From Macrostomum lignano (lineage: Eukaryota), in the NCBI GenBank assembly GCA_002269645.1, contig NIVC01003897.1, forward strand, positions 1-38,444: 38,444 bases of DNA, written 5' to 3'. The notes beneath the pieces were generated by a model. It saw only the letters and a program-made list of their open reading frames with translations. It ran no database searches and had not been told where the DNA came from. The first letter of the stretch is position 1. Each line of letters begins with the position of its first letter. Of this stretch, positions 24,501-33,127 are shown one piece after another. The position numbers and the translations under genes were made by a program.

Positions 24501-27500
24501 ACCACTGAAAGCTTTTCAAAGTCAACCGGATAAGCACAAAGCAGTGGAGGAAAATATAGGCAGCAAACCATCAGCACAAGCACCTAATGCACAACAATGT
24601 CAGTCACCTAAGATGACAAATGGCTATACAACACGGAGTGGACGTGTGATGAAGCTAGTCGTGCGATTTCAGGCACATTGACTAATGAAAAGGTGTTAGT
24701 GTAGAACAGAACTTCCGGAAAGAGGATTTATTTTACTTACACATAGGAATCCCTCTGAAGAAGGGAGATGTTATGTTATGATAGACTCATTATCTGTGTG
24801 TTTGATTTATTTCTATGGACACGACTAATAAACGAGTGTTAAAGAGCACTTATAACTACACAGCTGCTCTATATCCATACAAGCATCTGGAAACATAAGA
24901 CTTCTGTGTCGCAACACAACACTTCTTACTAATGATCAAACTTTAATAATGAATTAAAATTTTGAAATTTATTGCTCTCACATAAGCATTGATTGCTCTG
25001 ATTCACTTCTTTAACAATCTTTCGTAACTTTCTACTGCACCTGCTAATGCTATTGGATTTTATTATTAACTAATTAGCTTTAAAGTTTCAAATAAATAAG
25101 TTACTCTTTTTACCATATGCTTAATTTTAGTATTATTAGTAGTATTATACATACAAGTTTTTTTAATTGTAATACAATTACAATAATACAATAATACAAT
25201 AATAATACAATCCTTTAAATGACTTCTATGTTTTGCTTAAAAGATGGAAAAGCAAAGACAGTGTATTATGAAGTTGGTTTTGGAAAAAAAGTGCAAGATT
25301 TGTGTATTTTCTGTGTTAACTTTAATGGATTAATGCTTATTAATGATTATCAGTTAACTAATATTTTTTTCTTTAATGCTAACACTTTTACAGAAGTTAA
25401 GATTTTTATTAACAGTGCCCAACACTGCATACATGTAAGTCACAATTGGACAGAATATTAGTCCTATGATTACTCTTAGCCAATAATGACTTACATGTGT
25501 ATCTTTCCAATAGAAATGGCCAAGTGATTCCCAAGGTTTCAAATATATAGTCAAATTGCACAAAAATAGATGGGCATAAGAAAGAAAAATGGGATTCATA
25601 GGAAAATAATAGTTGATTAATAATAATTACTATAATAATGCTATAACAATGCAAACAATGCTAAAAAAGACAATTAAAGACAATTAAAATGTGTCAAAAG
25701 TTAGTGCTAGCAAAAATGTTGGTAGATAATTTTGATACTAAATTATGATTTATAATAAAAAAGAAATTATTTTTAGCTTTTTTGACTTAATAGGTTTTTT
25801 AAAGGATGTACTTTCTCTTTTCTTTAAACATTAAAACACTAGCAAATCTTTGAATAATTAATAATACAGATATAAATATTACATTACAAGTTTCCTAAAA
25901 TGGATATATAATATTATTATTGCTTTACCATATATTATCAATACTATTGAAATAAATTCAAATATATATTAGGCACATCTTTTACTATTTCTATAAAATA
26001 TCTAGTATAGAATTTTTCTTATTTTATTACAGACTCTACAGTTGCAAACCAATATTACAAGTCATAACTATCTTTTTGTATATATCATTAAATGCATTTT
26101 AAATTTTGAAAAAATTAATAAATGTTCCATATTTTAGGAACGAAAAATTTCTCTATGCTACATATGCCATTAGCTAAGCAAAATACCATGACCATCTCTG
26201 ACGTAATAAAGTGCTGCAATAAGGGTCTTTGGCCAAACATCCATGACCTACTGACAATCTTTCTTACCATCCCAGTGACAAGTGAGGGTTTCACGACAGA
26301 TATTCAGACAGATATTCAAAATGATCGTCTGTAACTTTTAAACAAAAGTGACCCACTTCAACCATGTTTTTGGAATATATTTACGCAAGTGTTGGGCATC
26401 AAATAAGCTTTAATTTATTTACTGAAGTAAAAATCTTTCTGACATACATTGATTTAAAAATTGCTTAGCAACACTCTGATTAGACATCGCTTTACCATTG
26501 ACTGAAATTGTTTTGATTGTAGCAGCCTAAAAGCAGATACTGGATTAAAAAATGCAGTACTTTTGTTTTGGTCACTTTTGTTTAAAGTTACAGACAATCA
26601 TTTTGAATGTCTGTCTGAATATCTGTTGTGAAACCCTCACTTGTCACTGGGATGGTAAGAAAGCTTCAATTTACTCTTTACGCATATCTCAGCTTTAAAA
26701 TGACACCTTAGGCATTGCAAAAGACAGCTTTGATGCTGAGATATTTGACACTAAACATTGCTTTGTGCAAACTGACATTCGGATATTTCACTGATTTTTA
26801 TCGATATTTGTGCAGCTACCATTCCTTGTTTTTCATCAGAATCTCGTCAAATTCTAGTCATGTCTATACACATGTCTCAGCTTTAAAATGATACCTTAGG
26901 CATTGCAAAAGACAGCTTTGATGCTGATATATTTGACACTAAACATTGCTTTGCTCAAACTCACATTAGGAAACTTCACTCAATATTTGTTCAGACTATT
27001 GTTCTCCATTTATTAACCATCACATAAAGCCTTGCTAACATACAATACAAGTGTATTGTGGAATGCTTAAGAAAATTATTTTTTGATTTTTGTAAATTGT
27101 GTAGTATTGTGATCCAAACATTATTCGGTATTATTATTATGATTATTATTAATATTAATACGAATTTTAAGCAATTTTGCAATTAAGCAAATTAGCAGTG
27201 TTGGGCAAGTTACTCAAAAAAAGTAACTTGCGTTACTGTAACTTAAGTTACCACTTTTTAAAAAGTAACTTACGTTAGCCTAGTAACTTTGAACAAAAAC
27301 CCGGTAACTTTTAAGTTACTTCCGTTACTTACTTCCGTTACCTATGTTATAAACAAAATTTTCTGCTTTTTTAACATTGCAAATGTGCTGGAACAGCACA
27401 AATGATCGCGAAAGCCAGAAGGAAAAATACAACAAAATTAATTTCAGTAACTGTATTAAATTTTAATCACTTTAGGCCCTTTCCGTAAAAAGAAGAGAAG

Positions 27501-30500
27501 CTGAAGGTCAGAAACGTTAAAGGCAAAACGCAATTTAATTTTTAATAACATTATAAGTTATAATACACAAGGACAACTTAACGTAACTTCAGTTGTCCTT
27601 GATAATACATCGCTCGTAATAAGTACCTGGCTTTACTCCACTCTACAGTCTGCTTTACTAGTCTTTTTATTTTCAATTATTTGAAATTTTTTTCAATTTT
27701 TTCAATTATTTTTCAATTCATTAATATTAAATTATTGTGCAGTGCAGTGCAGTGCCAGTGGACTTTAGTGGTGTAGCCAGGGAGGCCGCCTTAACAATCG
27801 TTGGGGCGGCAACTTCACCCCACCTGCAAGACACCCCACCAGGGGGGGGTGGGGTTGGGCGTGGCGGGTGCATGAGGCATGGCCAGCCAGGTCAACCCGC
27901 CCCCCCCAATTAAAATTCCTGGCTACGTCGATCACTGAGTGGATTTGTGGAGACTACAGATGAATTTCTTTCTTTGGTTGTTTGTTTCTAAGAACTAAAC
28001 AAAATATTTTTATTAACTTAAAAACGAAAAGCAAAAATATTTTACCGAAAATAACAAAGTAAAAACATGTTTCAAGTATTTCTTTATTAATTACAGCGTA
28101 ATACCGTATGATATTATTCACTTAGTTTTGAATTTAAGAATGAAAAATGCTAAAAATGTGACAACTGGCGTAATAGCTAAGCATATCAGTTTTAAATTTA
28201 AATATTGCGATTGTTGCAAAGTAACTGTAACGGACTTCCGAAATTTGAGTAACTTACCGTTACTCCGTTACCAAAATAGGAAAGTAACTTGCGTAAGGAA
28301 CGCTTTACGAAAAAGTAACTTGCGTTACCATTTACAAGTTACTCGGTAACGGAAGTGCCCAACACTGCAAATTAGGCACATTGTTAGGGCATTAGGAAAA
28401 AGATTATTATAAGTACAAGCACAGTGGCTTCTATGATCTGCATTTCCAAGTTTACTTGTCAATGGCACAGCACGTTGCACACACGTTGACATTCTTGCCT
28501 CTGTTCTAACAGATTTTGTAGTGCCAAAAGAGGCATGATGGACACTTGATCTGTAGGATGCAGAAAAGTTAATGCTGCATAATGAACAAGTTTCTTGTAT
28601 TCTCCTATATTTTGTTGAACCGCAAAGTGCTGAAAAGTCATGATTGGTTGCCATATATACAAATGTACACTCACTGACTCACTGACTGAGGTACGATCTA
28701 TGCAAGATAAAGGCAGGAATCTTTAAAAATTAAATACTAAAGACAGTTTAAGAGAAGTCCAGGTTTAAAAATAGAAGCGATCAATAAAATCGATAAAATA
28801 ATTGCCTTAAGCATTCTACAATACACTTGTACATTAACAAGGCTCCATGTGATGGTTAATAAATGGAGAAGTAGGCAAATGTCTAAACAAATATTGAATA
28901 AAAATCAGTGAAGTTTCCAAATGTGAGTTTGAGCAAAGCAATGTTTAGTGCCAAATATCTCAGCATCAAAGCTGTCTTTTGCAACACCTAGGGTGTCATT
29001 TTAAAGCTGAGACATGCGTATAGACATGACTAGAATTTGATAAGATTCTGATGAAAAACAAGGACATGGCAGCTGCATAAATATCGATAAAAAATCTGTG
29101 AAATTTCTAAATGTCAGTTTGCACAAACCAATGTTTAATGTTGAACATCTCAGCATCAAAGCTGTCTTTTGCAATGCCTAAGGTGTCATTTTAAAGCTAA
29201 GACATGCATAAAAAGTAAATTGAAGCATTTTTAATCCAGTATCTGCTTTTAGGCTGCTATGATTGAAACAATTTCAGTCAATGGTAAAGCAATGTCTAAT
29301 CAGAGTGATGCTAAGCAATTTTTAAATCAATGTATCTCGGAAAGATTTTTACTTCAATAAATAAATTAAAGCTTATTTGACGCGCAACACTTGCATAAAT
29401 ATATTCCAAAAACATGGTTGAAGTGGGTCAATTTTGAGAATTGTTTTGAATGTCTGTCTAAATATCTGTCGTAAAACCCTCACATCCCAGTAACAACCTA
29501 CACAGTTGAAAGATCATTTAGTGTGCTTTGTCTTTTGAAGACGCATACTAGGTCAAAAATAGATGAGAGCCAGCTAAATAGACTTGCAATGCTGTCAGTG
29601 CACAAAGACATTCAACTACCATACAAGCATGTGGTTGAAGAATATTCATAGCATTTCAACATGTGCCTGCAGCTGTTATAATTGTGAGCCATTTACTTTT
29701 ACTATATCAGACTGCTATGAGTCTTCTATTGTAATTCCTTTAAGTGTAGTCACTCATTGTTATTTTATTTTGCATATATTGCACAAAAAATAGAATGGTT
29801 CTGACTATGGAAAGCATAGTGCATGCTAGTGCAGGACAAAAAGATTTTCATTTACTTAAGCATTTAGTAAAAATTTTTTTTTTCTAATTTTTTATTAAAT
29901 TGTGAATTTGAATAGGTATTTTCATAGAATTTGAAACTTGACTGGCCGTTCAATGCTACCAAGCAACTACATATTTGATTTATGGCGCTTAATTTTCCTG
30001 TGACCTGCCTAGGCCCTATTGGGCCAGCAAATATAAGTAGCAGCAGCTACTCATATCCCTGCATCCCCCTGTGAGAAATTCAAATTCCTGGCTACACCCC
30101 TGGCCACATTCACATTTTTGTGCTTGAATTCTGTTCCTATATGTAATATATATAATCCTTTAGAAGTAATTCACAGATTTATTCATTAGACCAAATCTTC
30201 ACTAGGCCTAACTAACATTGTATAATTTGTATTGAGGGTTAGATAGAATAAAAAGCTAAAATGTGCAGAAAAAAAAAACACTTTTGTGGACTCAGGATCA
30301 ATATATAGTATGCTATATTATGGTACTATGCAATTTTATTCCTACCTGACTTAGATTTGTGATTCCCAGAAGAAAGCATATCGAATCAAGTATGTTAGAC
30401 TTTCCACTGCCATTCAAGCCAGTAATGGCGTTAAATTGTGGATCAAACACACCAACTTCAGTGCGCGTTGCATAGGATTTGAAACCCTCAATAACGATTT

Positions 30501-30513
30501 TCTTAATATGCAT
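6591..30513 (-). CDS. SMC2: Structural maintenance of chromosomes protein 2 (condensin subunit), complete 12-exon CDS, ~1176 aa
   Basis: Join (minus): 30513-30346, 19496-19185, 16157-16047, 15615-15415, 14695-14275, 13788-13613, 12015-11488, 10738-10268, 9715-9527, 9190-8891, 8130-7897, 7010-6591 = 3531 nt, open frame, GT-AG introns. Walker [10 protein letters not shown], hinge domain, signature LSGGQRS, Walker B/D-loop [11 protein letters not shown], and SMC2-typical C-terminus [29 protein letters not shown]. Confidence 0.97.
7045..7865. repeat. SMC2 intron 11 minisatellite, 30 bp unit GGGAAGCTGGGACGGGRATGRGGATAAAAT
   Basis: ~27 copies; homogeneous centre, degenerate edges. Confidence 0.95.
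7897..8130 (-). CDS. SMC2: SMC2 exon 11
   Basis: [11 protein letters not shown]...[11 protein letters not shown]...[15 protein letters not shown]; catcgCAG acceptor, weak donor AAG|GTTTGA. Confidence 0.92.
8172..8340. repeat. SMC2 intron 10 array A, 28 bp unit GAAGTAGCCGAATCTGCCATCTGAYCCT
   Basis: ~6 copies. Confidence 0.93.
8420..8826. repeat. SMC2 intron 10 array B, 24-25 bp unit GAAGATYGGGAAGAATCTGGGATTT
   Basis: ~16 copies. Confidence 0.93.
8891..9190 (-). CDS. SMC2: SMC2 exon 10
   Basis: [12 protein letters not shown]...[21 protein letters not shown]; tcccCAG acceptor, CAG|GTGAGA donor. Confidence 0.92.
9322..9508. repeat. SMC2 intron 9 (GACA)n microsatellite with GGCA interruptions
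   Basis: Directly visible, starting ~18 nt from the donor. Confidence 0.96.
9527..9715 (-). CDS. SMC2: SMC2 exon 9
   Basis: [11 protein letters not shown]...[19 protein letters not shown]...EVQEKR; ccctcCAG acceptor, CGG|GTGAGT donor. Confidence 0.9.
9815..10200. repeat. SMC2 intron 8 minisatellite, 42 bp unit TAGATTAGCAATCCATTCTATTCTTTCATCATTGATGTAGGC
   Basis: ~9 copies. Confidence 0.93.
10268..10738 (-). CDS. SMC2: SMC2 exon 8 (hinge end, coiled coil)
   Basis: [28 protein letters not shown]...; cacccgCAG acceptor, CAG|GTGAGA donor. Confidence 0.94.
10797..11425. repeat. SMC2 intron 7 minisatellite, 33 bp unit GAGGTCATAGAGATGACCCTAATGACGATCTGG
   Basis: ~19 copies, near-perfect core. Confidence 0.96.
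11488..12015 (-). CDS. SMC2: SMC2 exon 7 (hinge)
   Basis: [10 protein letters not shown]...[23 protein letters not shown]...[16 protein letters not shown]...TFIPLNKI...FVFGASFVV; cccccgCAG acceptor, AAG|GTGCGT donor. Confidence 0.94.
12060..12756. repeat. SMC2 intron 6 minisatellite, ~22 bp unit ACTGCCTGTCACTCTTCTAT(GC/TA)
   Basis: ~31 copies with alternating variants. Confidence 0.93.
12885..13060 (+). mobile_element. tRNA-derived SINE with a CORE(MIR)-like domain
   Basis: tRNA-like fragment AGAGCGTCGGACTCACGA, then TGTGTCCTTTAGCAAGACACTCA...CTTCAGTT...CTGTAAAATGGG (12937-13001), closely resembling the CORE consensus from memory; ends fuzzy. Confidence 0.6.
13613..13788 (-). CDS. SMC2: SMC2 exon 6
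   Basis: [29 protein letters not shown]...VAHLE; ttcctttCAG acceptor (phase 1), GAG|GTAAGC donor. Confidence 0.92.
13846..14230. repeat. SMC2 intron 5 minisatellite, 22 bp unit CAGTGCACCCCTCTACCCTTGT
   Basis: ~17 copies. Confidence 0.94.
14275..14695 (-). CDS. SMC2: SMC2 exon 5 (coiled coil)
   Basis: [13 protein letters not shown]...[18 protein letters not shown]; donor A|GTGAGT, phase 1; exact 5' boundary uncertain among tandem in-frame AGs. Confidence 0.85.
14735..15308. repeat. SMC2 intron 4 minisatellite, 20-23 bp unit ACCTTCAGATTGTCCCCCCACC
   Basis: ~26 copies, variable C-run. Confidence 0.94.
15415..15615 (-). CDS. SMC2: SMC2 exon 4
   Basis: [24 protein letters not shown]...TALLQ; cctcctCAG acceptor, CAG|GTGAGG donor. 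Confidence 0.92.
16047..16157 (-). CDS. SMC2: SMC2 exon 3
   Basis: [37 protein letters not shown]; ttcctgCAG acceptor, TCT|GTAAGT donor; too short for the ORF track. Confidence 0.93.
16398..19060. repeat. SMC2 intron 2 satellite, 20-21 bp units GATCTTGATCTA+variable tail, with a 609-bp higher-order repeat
   Basis: ~130 units; GTTATACATC marker at 17281, 17890 and 18499. Confidence 0.95.
19185..19496 (-). CDS. SMC2: SMC2 exon 2 (Q-loop)
   Basis: [21 protein letters not shown]...[19 protein letters not shown]; acceptor ttcctctcAAG, donor GAG|GTAAAT. Confidence 0.95.
20352..20512 (+). repeat. 5' LTR
   Basis: TGTTATG...CAACA; carries an 8-bp tandem duplication (ATAGACTC) absent from the 3' LTR. 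Confidence 0.95.
20513..20526 (+). other. Primer-binding site, probably tRNA-Leu
   Basis: TGGTGTCAGAGGTG directly after the 5' LTR; resembles the complement of tRNA-Leu 3' ends (...TCTGACACCA). Confidence 0.7.
20594..21433 (+). CDS. gag: Retrotransposon Gag
   Basis: [13 protein letters not shown] capsid-like N-terminus, IRDQIVLG motif, two Zn knuckles [13 protein letters not shown] and [14 protein letters not shown]. Confidence 0.9.
   Translation: MDGRLKPPKPFCFDEHKAENWSKWISAFELYMTATKRDESLAKVQIATLLTAIGEEGREIYSTFEKSEGDEELSKVTKLFKEYCKPSVNKTFERYKFRQRRQNEHESIDSFVSGLKQLIKTCSFEKPAYELTVNESIIRDQIVLGIRDTELREWLLREQELTLDKAISICRASESSKTQVRIMMGNTSGEISKYIQREVNSIVKPRSTGRPDLKYKERRPNKRFGSNGKPMVGKSEGCSFCGKKHKKGSCPAYGKTCKSCRKQNHFSNVCRNKTVRALD
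21434..24681 (+). pseudogene. pol: Retrotransposon Pol (PR-RT-RNase H-IN) with one frameshift
   Basis: Protease CDTG; [11 protein letters not shown] and FIDD; RNase [21 protein letters not shown]; IN HTGH...CIAC, GTDIF, SDNGPPF, LAERG. In frame with gag across one TGA; -1 shift at ~23651-23660. Confidence 0.92.
24757..24768 (+). other. Polypurine tract
   Basis: GAAGAAGGGAGA abutting the 3' LTR. Confidence 0.85.
24769..24921 (+). repeat. 3' LTR
   Basis: Differs from the 5' LTR by 3 substitutions plus the 8-bp indel (hand comparison). Confidence 0.95.
27196..28367. mobile_element. Non-autonomous hAT-type element (MITE)
   Basis: 12-bp TIR CAGTGTTGGGCA; perfect 8-bp TSD CAAATTAG (27188-27195 and 28368-28375); many subterminal GTAAC/GTTAC motifs. 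Confidence 0.9.
27766..27937. mobile_element. Small GC-rich hAT-like MITE nested in the previous element
   Basis: Imperfect TIRs TAGTGGTGTAGCCAGG...CCTGGCTACGTCGATCACTG; near-match 8-bp flanks AGTGGACT / AGTGGATT. Confidence 0.55.
30087..30102. repeat. Probable right TIR of the hAT relic
   Basis: CCTGGCTACACCCCTG (rc CAGGGGTGTAGCCAGG), a typical hAT-like terminus downstream of the transposase relic; partner left TIR not found. Confidence 0.45.
30346..30513 (-). CDS. SMC2: SMC2 exon 1 (ATG; Walker A)
   Basis: [15 protein letters not shown]...[25 protein letters not shown]; donor CAG|GTAGGA, phase 0. Confidence 0.95.
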
Positions 30514-31933
30514 TAGGATAAGAGTTGAAATTGCAAAATCGGTTCCAAAAAATTCTACATAAATCTTTTTGAATCCTTAATGCTTAATCGAATTTCCAAT
30601 GTGCATTTCATTTAAACGTGTGCGTTTTTTCGTAGAACACCTTTATAAGCTTTAACAAGACGTTATTTTTTATTTTCTACTAAATAACAACTTTTAAAAA
30701 TGAATTGCAAAAACTGCTATTTTAATCTTAAAAATTAGACTTGGTTTGCATGCCAGACAATCGATATTAATTTAAATAAATGAATAAAATAATTTCAGGT
30801 TGATTTTAAAAACCGTATTATTAGAATTAGAATATTACCCGGCCGTCGTCCACAATACCGTTGACGCCTGACGGACGGAATGATGACGAAATTATCCAAA
30901 TGTATTTTAAATGTGATGACTTAGAATGCCAAAAAGGGCATGCATTTAGGCTTGAGTTGGCTTACTAAGCCGTTTTTTGTGCATTTTCGGCTTTCTAAGC
31001 CGTATAGAATTGCGAAACCGTTTCACAAAAGGCAAATTTTTATGCCGAAATTTCCTGGAATTGTTGAGTCGGGTCATTATTATATGGGACTTCACTTATG
31101 TCATGGTCACATATACAACATAAAATAGCCTTCATAAAATTTAGGTCTATATATGATCACATCCACGTGTAATATTGTAATATAAGCCACCTGGGGACAT
31201 TTTCCATGGGATTTTGGCTTTTGGTTTGTGTTAGACCTTATCATATGGCATCTAACTTAAGATTTTTCAATCAGAGACGAGAGTAGTAGATAGAATTCAT
31301 TACAAAATTGTAGGCTCAGCTCCTAGTCATATGGTCTTTTTGGAGAATAATAGAATTGCCATTTTATTAAATTTTCTTGATTTTGTCCAAAGCAAATTCT
31401 AGGCTAGGCTAGGCCTAGCATATTTTGCTCTTTGATTATATATTTTTTTTCTGAGTTCTGAGTTATATAGGGCCTAGCTCATTTAGCTCATTCTATCAAT
31501 AAATCTTTGCATATTTTTACAAAATTTATCTAAGTCCTTATCATTTTAGCCTTTCTAAGCCAATAAGATTTTGGCAGTTGTTATTGTTACACTGACCATA
31601 TAAATAGCAAGACGGTTATTTTTATGGTCATCACTTAAAACAAATACCATCTAAGTGAAGTGACCAACTTGCTATGCAAATACTAAGATGGTTAAGTTTA
31701 AAAAATAGGCAATGACCGGACAAATAGCCTTTTTACTATTTGTCTAGTTAAATTACTAACTGTTTAAATTGCTATTTGTTTCATGATGAATATTCTAGAT
31801 TTTTAAGACCTTTTCATATATACTGATTAATATTTTGTTGTATAGTAGTGTACATATAAGAAAGCAGTGTATTCAATTCAGCATAATTTGGTGTATAAGA
31901 CATTACTAGTATAACAACATAATAATCAAGATA

Positions 31934-33127
31934 CGTCAAGAGGGGCGTCCGGAAAGTAGTGTTACTTTTGCTTGGTGTGGACGTATGGACAGTCACACTT
32001 GCATGTGCTTGGTGTCATTTGAAAGCGGCAAGTCTCTTCTTTAAAATGACACCAATTGCAAGAGATTTGAATCTGTGCTTCAAGAGATATGGACGATTAA
32101 GTAGAGAAAGGTCAGTCATAGACTTACAGAACCTCAAAAGTGTCAACAGAAAACTTTCATCACGAGCGTAATTATTCCAGAAAAAAACAAAAAACACAAC
32201 AGTACAGTACAGAAGCCCTCAGATCCCCTGACGGTCCAAACCATTGACTCCTGCACCCATGTCTCGTTGCCAGTTACGATCAGCTCTCGAAAGGCTTCCC
32301 ATCCTCCATGTTGATTGACCAGCTCCAGGTTATTCACACATTTCTGCTTGCAATCCAGCTTCATGACCTCAGTGAGCAATCGTGGTACCCAACAGGCACT
32401 CAGCTTGACGTGATTCATCTTCGGCAGGCACTCGTGAACTGTCGACTTCGGGCAATCCAATCGATCGGCCATTTCACGAATGCTCTGGTGGCAGTCTTCA
32501 TCAATCAAGTCGAGAATGCGATCCGTCAGGCTGCTGCTGTCGCGAATTGCAGGGCGTCCGGACCTTGGCATGTTGCTCGCGTCAGTTCTTCCAGCCTGAA
32601 ACTCGCCCACCCACCTGCTTACTGTCATCTTGCTGACAGCATGATCGCCATGAGCTGTGCAAAGTTGCCTGTGGATGTCAGCCAATTTGGTTCTGGAGCT
32701 CCAAAGTGTAAAGATGGCATGTCACTGCCCAGTCTTTGAATGCACATCCATTTGCAGTTCACAATTGAAAATTGAATGTCAATAAACTTTTCAGGCCTAG
32801 CAGAATCAGTTTTACAAGTCTCGTAGTTTTCTGAGACAGCCCCTCTTGTTCACTGCATCACATTTGGCCATAGACAGCCCATGATTACGAAAAAATCGAT
32901 AAACCCGTAAAAGTTTCTGTTGACATTTTTGAGGTTCTGTAAGTCCATGACTGACCTTTCTCTACTTAATCGTCCATATCTCTTGAAGCACAGATTTAAA
33001 TCTCTTGCAATTGGTGTCATTTTAAAAAAGAGACTTGCCGCTTTCAAATGACACCAAGCACATGCAAGTGTGACTGTCCATACGTCCACACCAAGCAAAA
33101 GTAACACTACTTTCTGGACGCCCCTCG
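31934..33127 (-). mobile_element. Internally deleted mariner-like transposon with ~215-bp TIRs
   Basis: TA flanks; TIRs 31934-~32157 and ~32910-33127 (C-GAGGGGCGTCC..., left end has a 5-bp insertion); truncated transposase inside. Confidence 0.9.
32143..32720 (-). pseudogene. Mariner transposase fragment (HTH domains to first catalytic motif)
   Basis: VSRWVGEFQAG, PRSGRP, SIREMADRL, WVPRLL, IVTGNETWV (catalytic D to N); rest of the DD34D domain deleted; 5' end frameshifted. Confidence 0.9.

Larger units (their letters stand above)
20352..24921 (+). mobile_element. Full-length Ty3/Gypsy LTR retrotransposon (Mag-like), mildly decayed, antisense in SMC2 intron 1
   Basis: TG...CA LTRs of 161 and 153 bp; 5-bp TSD CTTCT (20347-20351 and 24922-24926); PBS and PPT present; domain order gag-PR-RT-RH-IN. 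Confidence 0.96.
20063..25427. mobile_element. Non-autonomous hAT-type element (~790 bp without the nested LTR element)
   Basis: 13-bp perfect TIR CAGTGTTGGGCAC at both ends; degenerate 8-bp TSD CACATATG / CATACATG; TTAA-rich subterminal motifs. Confidence 0.75.
20018..25538. mobile_element. Small palindromic (hairpin) element interrupted by the hAT-type element
   Basis: Left arm 20018-20062 plus 25428-25449 pairs imperfectly with right arm 25480-25538 (GGCCATTTCTATTGG / CCAATAGAAATGGCC; ACATGTAAGTCA / TGACTTACATGT); 30-bp spacer; true termini unclear. Confidence 0.6.
26282..29483. mobile_element. Foldback-like DNA element with ~700-800 bp modular TIRs and a 13-bp TSD
   Basis: Arms ~26282-27090 and ~28785-29483 are imperfect reverse complements starting GTGAGGGTTT; flanks ATCCCAGTGACAA / ATCCCAGTAACAA; each arm holds a ~188-bp internal duplication. 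Confidence 0.85.
26191..29681 (+). pseudogene. hAT transposase C-terminal dimerisation-domain relic (THAP12/ZMYM-type), split by an insertion
   Basis: ...[17 protein letters not shown] (to 26281) continues at 29484 as [43 protein letters not shown]; internal TAG at 29649. Confidence 0.85.

Noticed and set aside
25540-26190. Left TIR and N-terminal part of the hAT transposase
   Set aside because: No partner for the 30087-30102 terminus and no DDE-domain coding remnant was recognisable in this AT-rich stretch.
28376-28680. Cys-rich peptide on the minus strand ([20 protein letters not shown]) in the centre of the long-TIR element, vaguely like a piggyBac C-terminal Zn finger
   Set aside because: Interrupted by stops, short, and without other transposase motifs; a tblastx/HHpred hit would be needed.
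6591-30513. Bacterial Smc or another SMC paralogue (SMC4, SMC1/3)
   Set aside because: The spliced structure and SMC2-specific stretches ([14 protein letters not shown]; [10 protein letters not shown]; [12 protein letters not shown]) identify eukaryotic SMC2.
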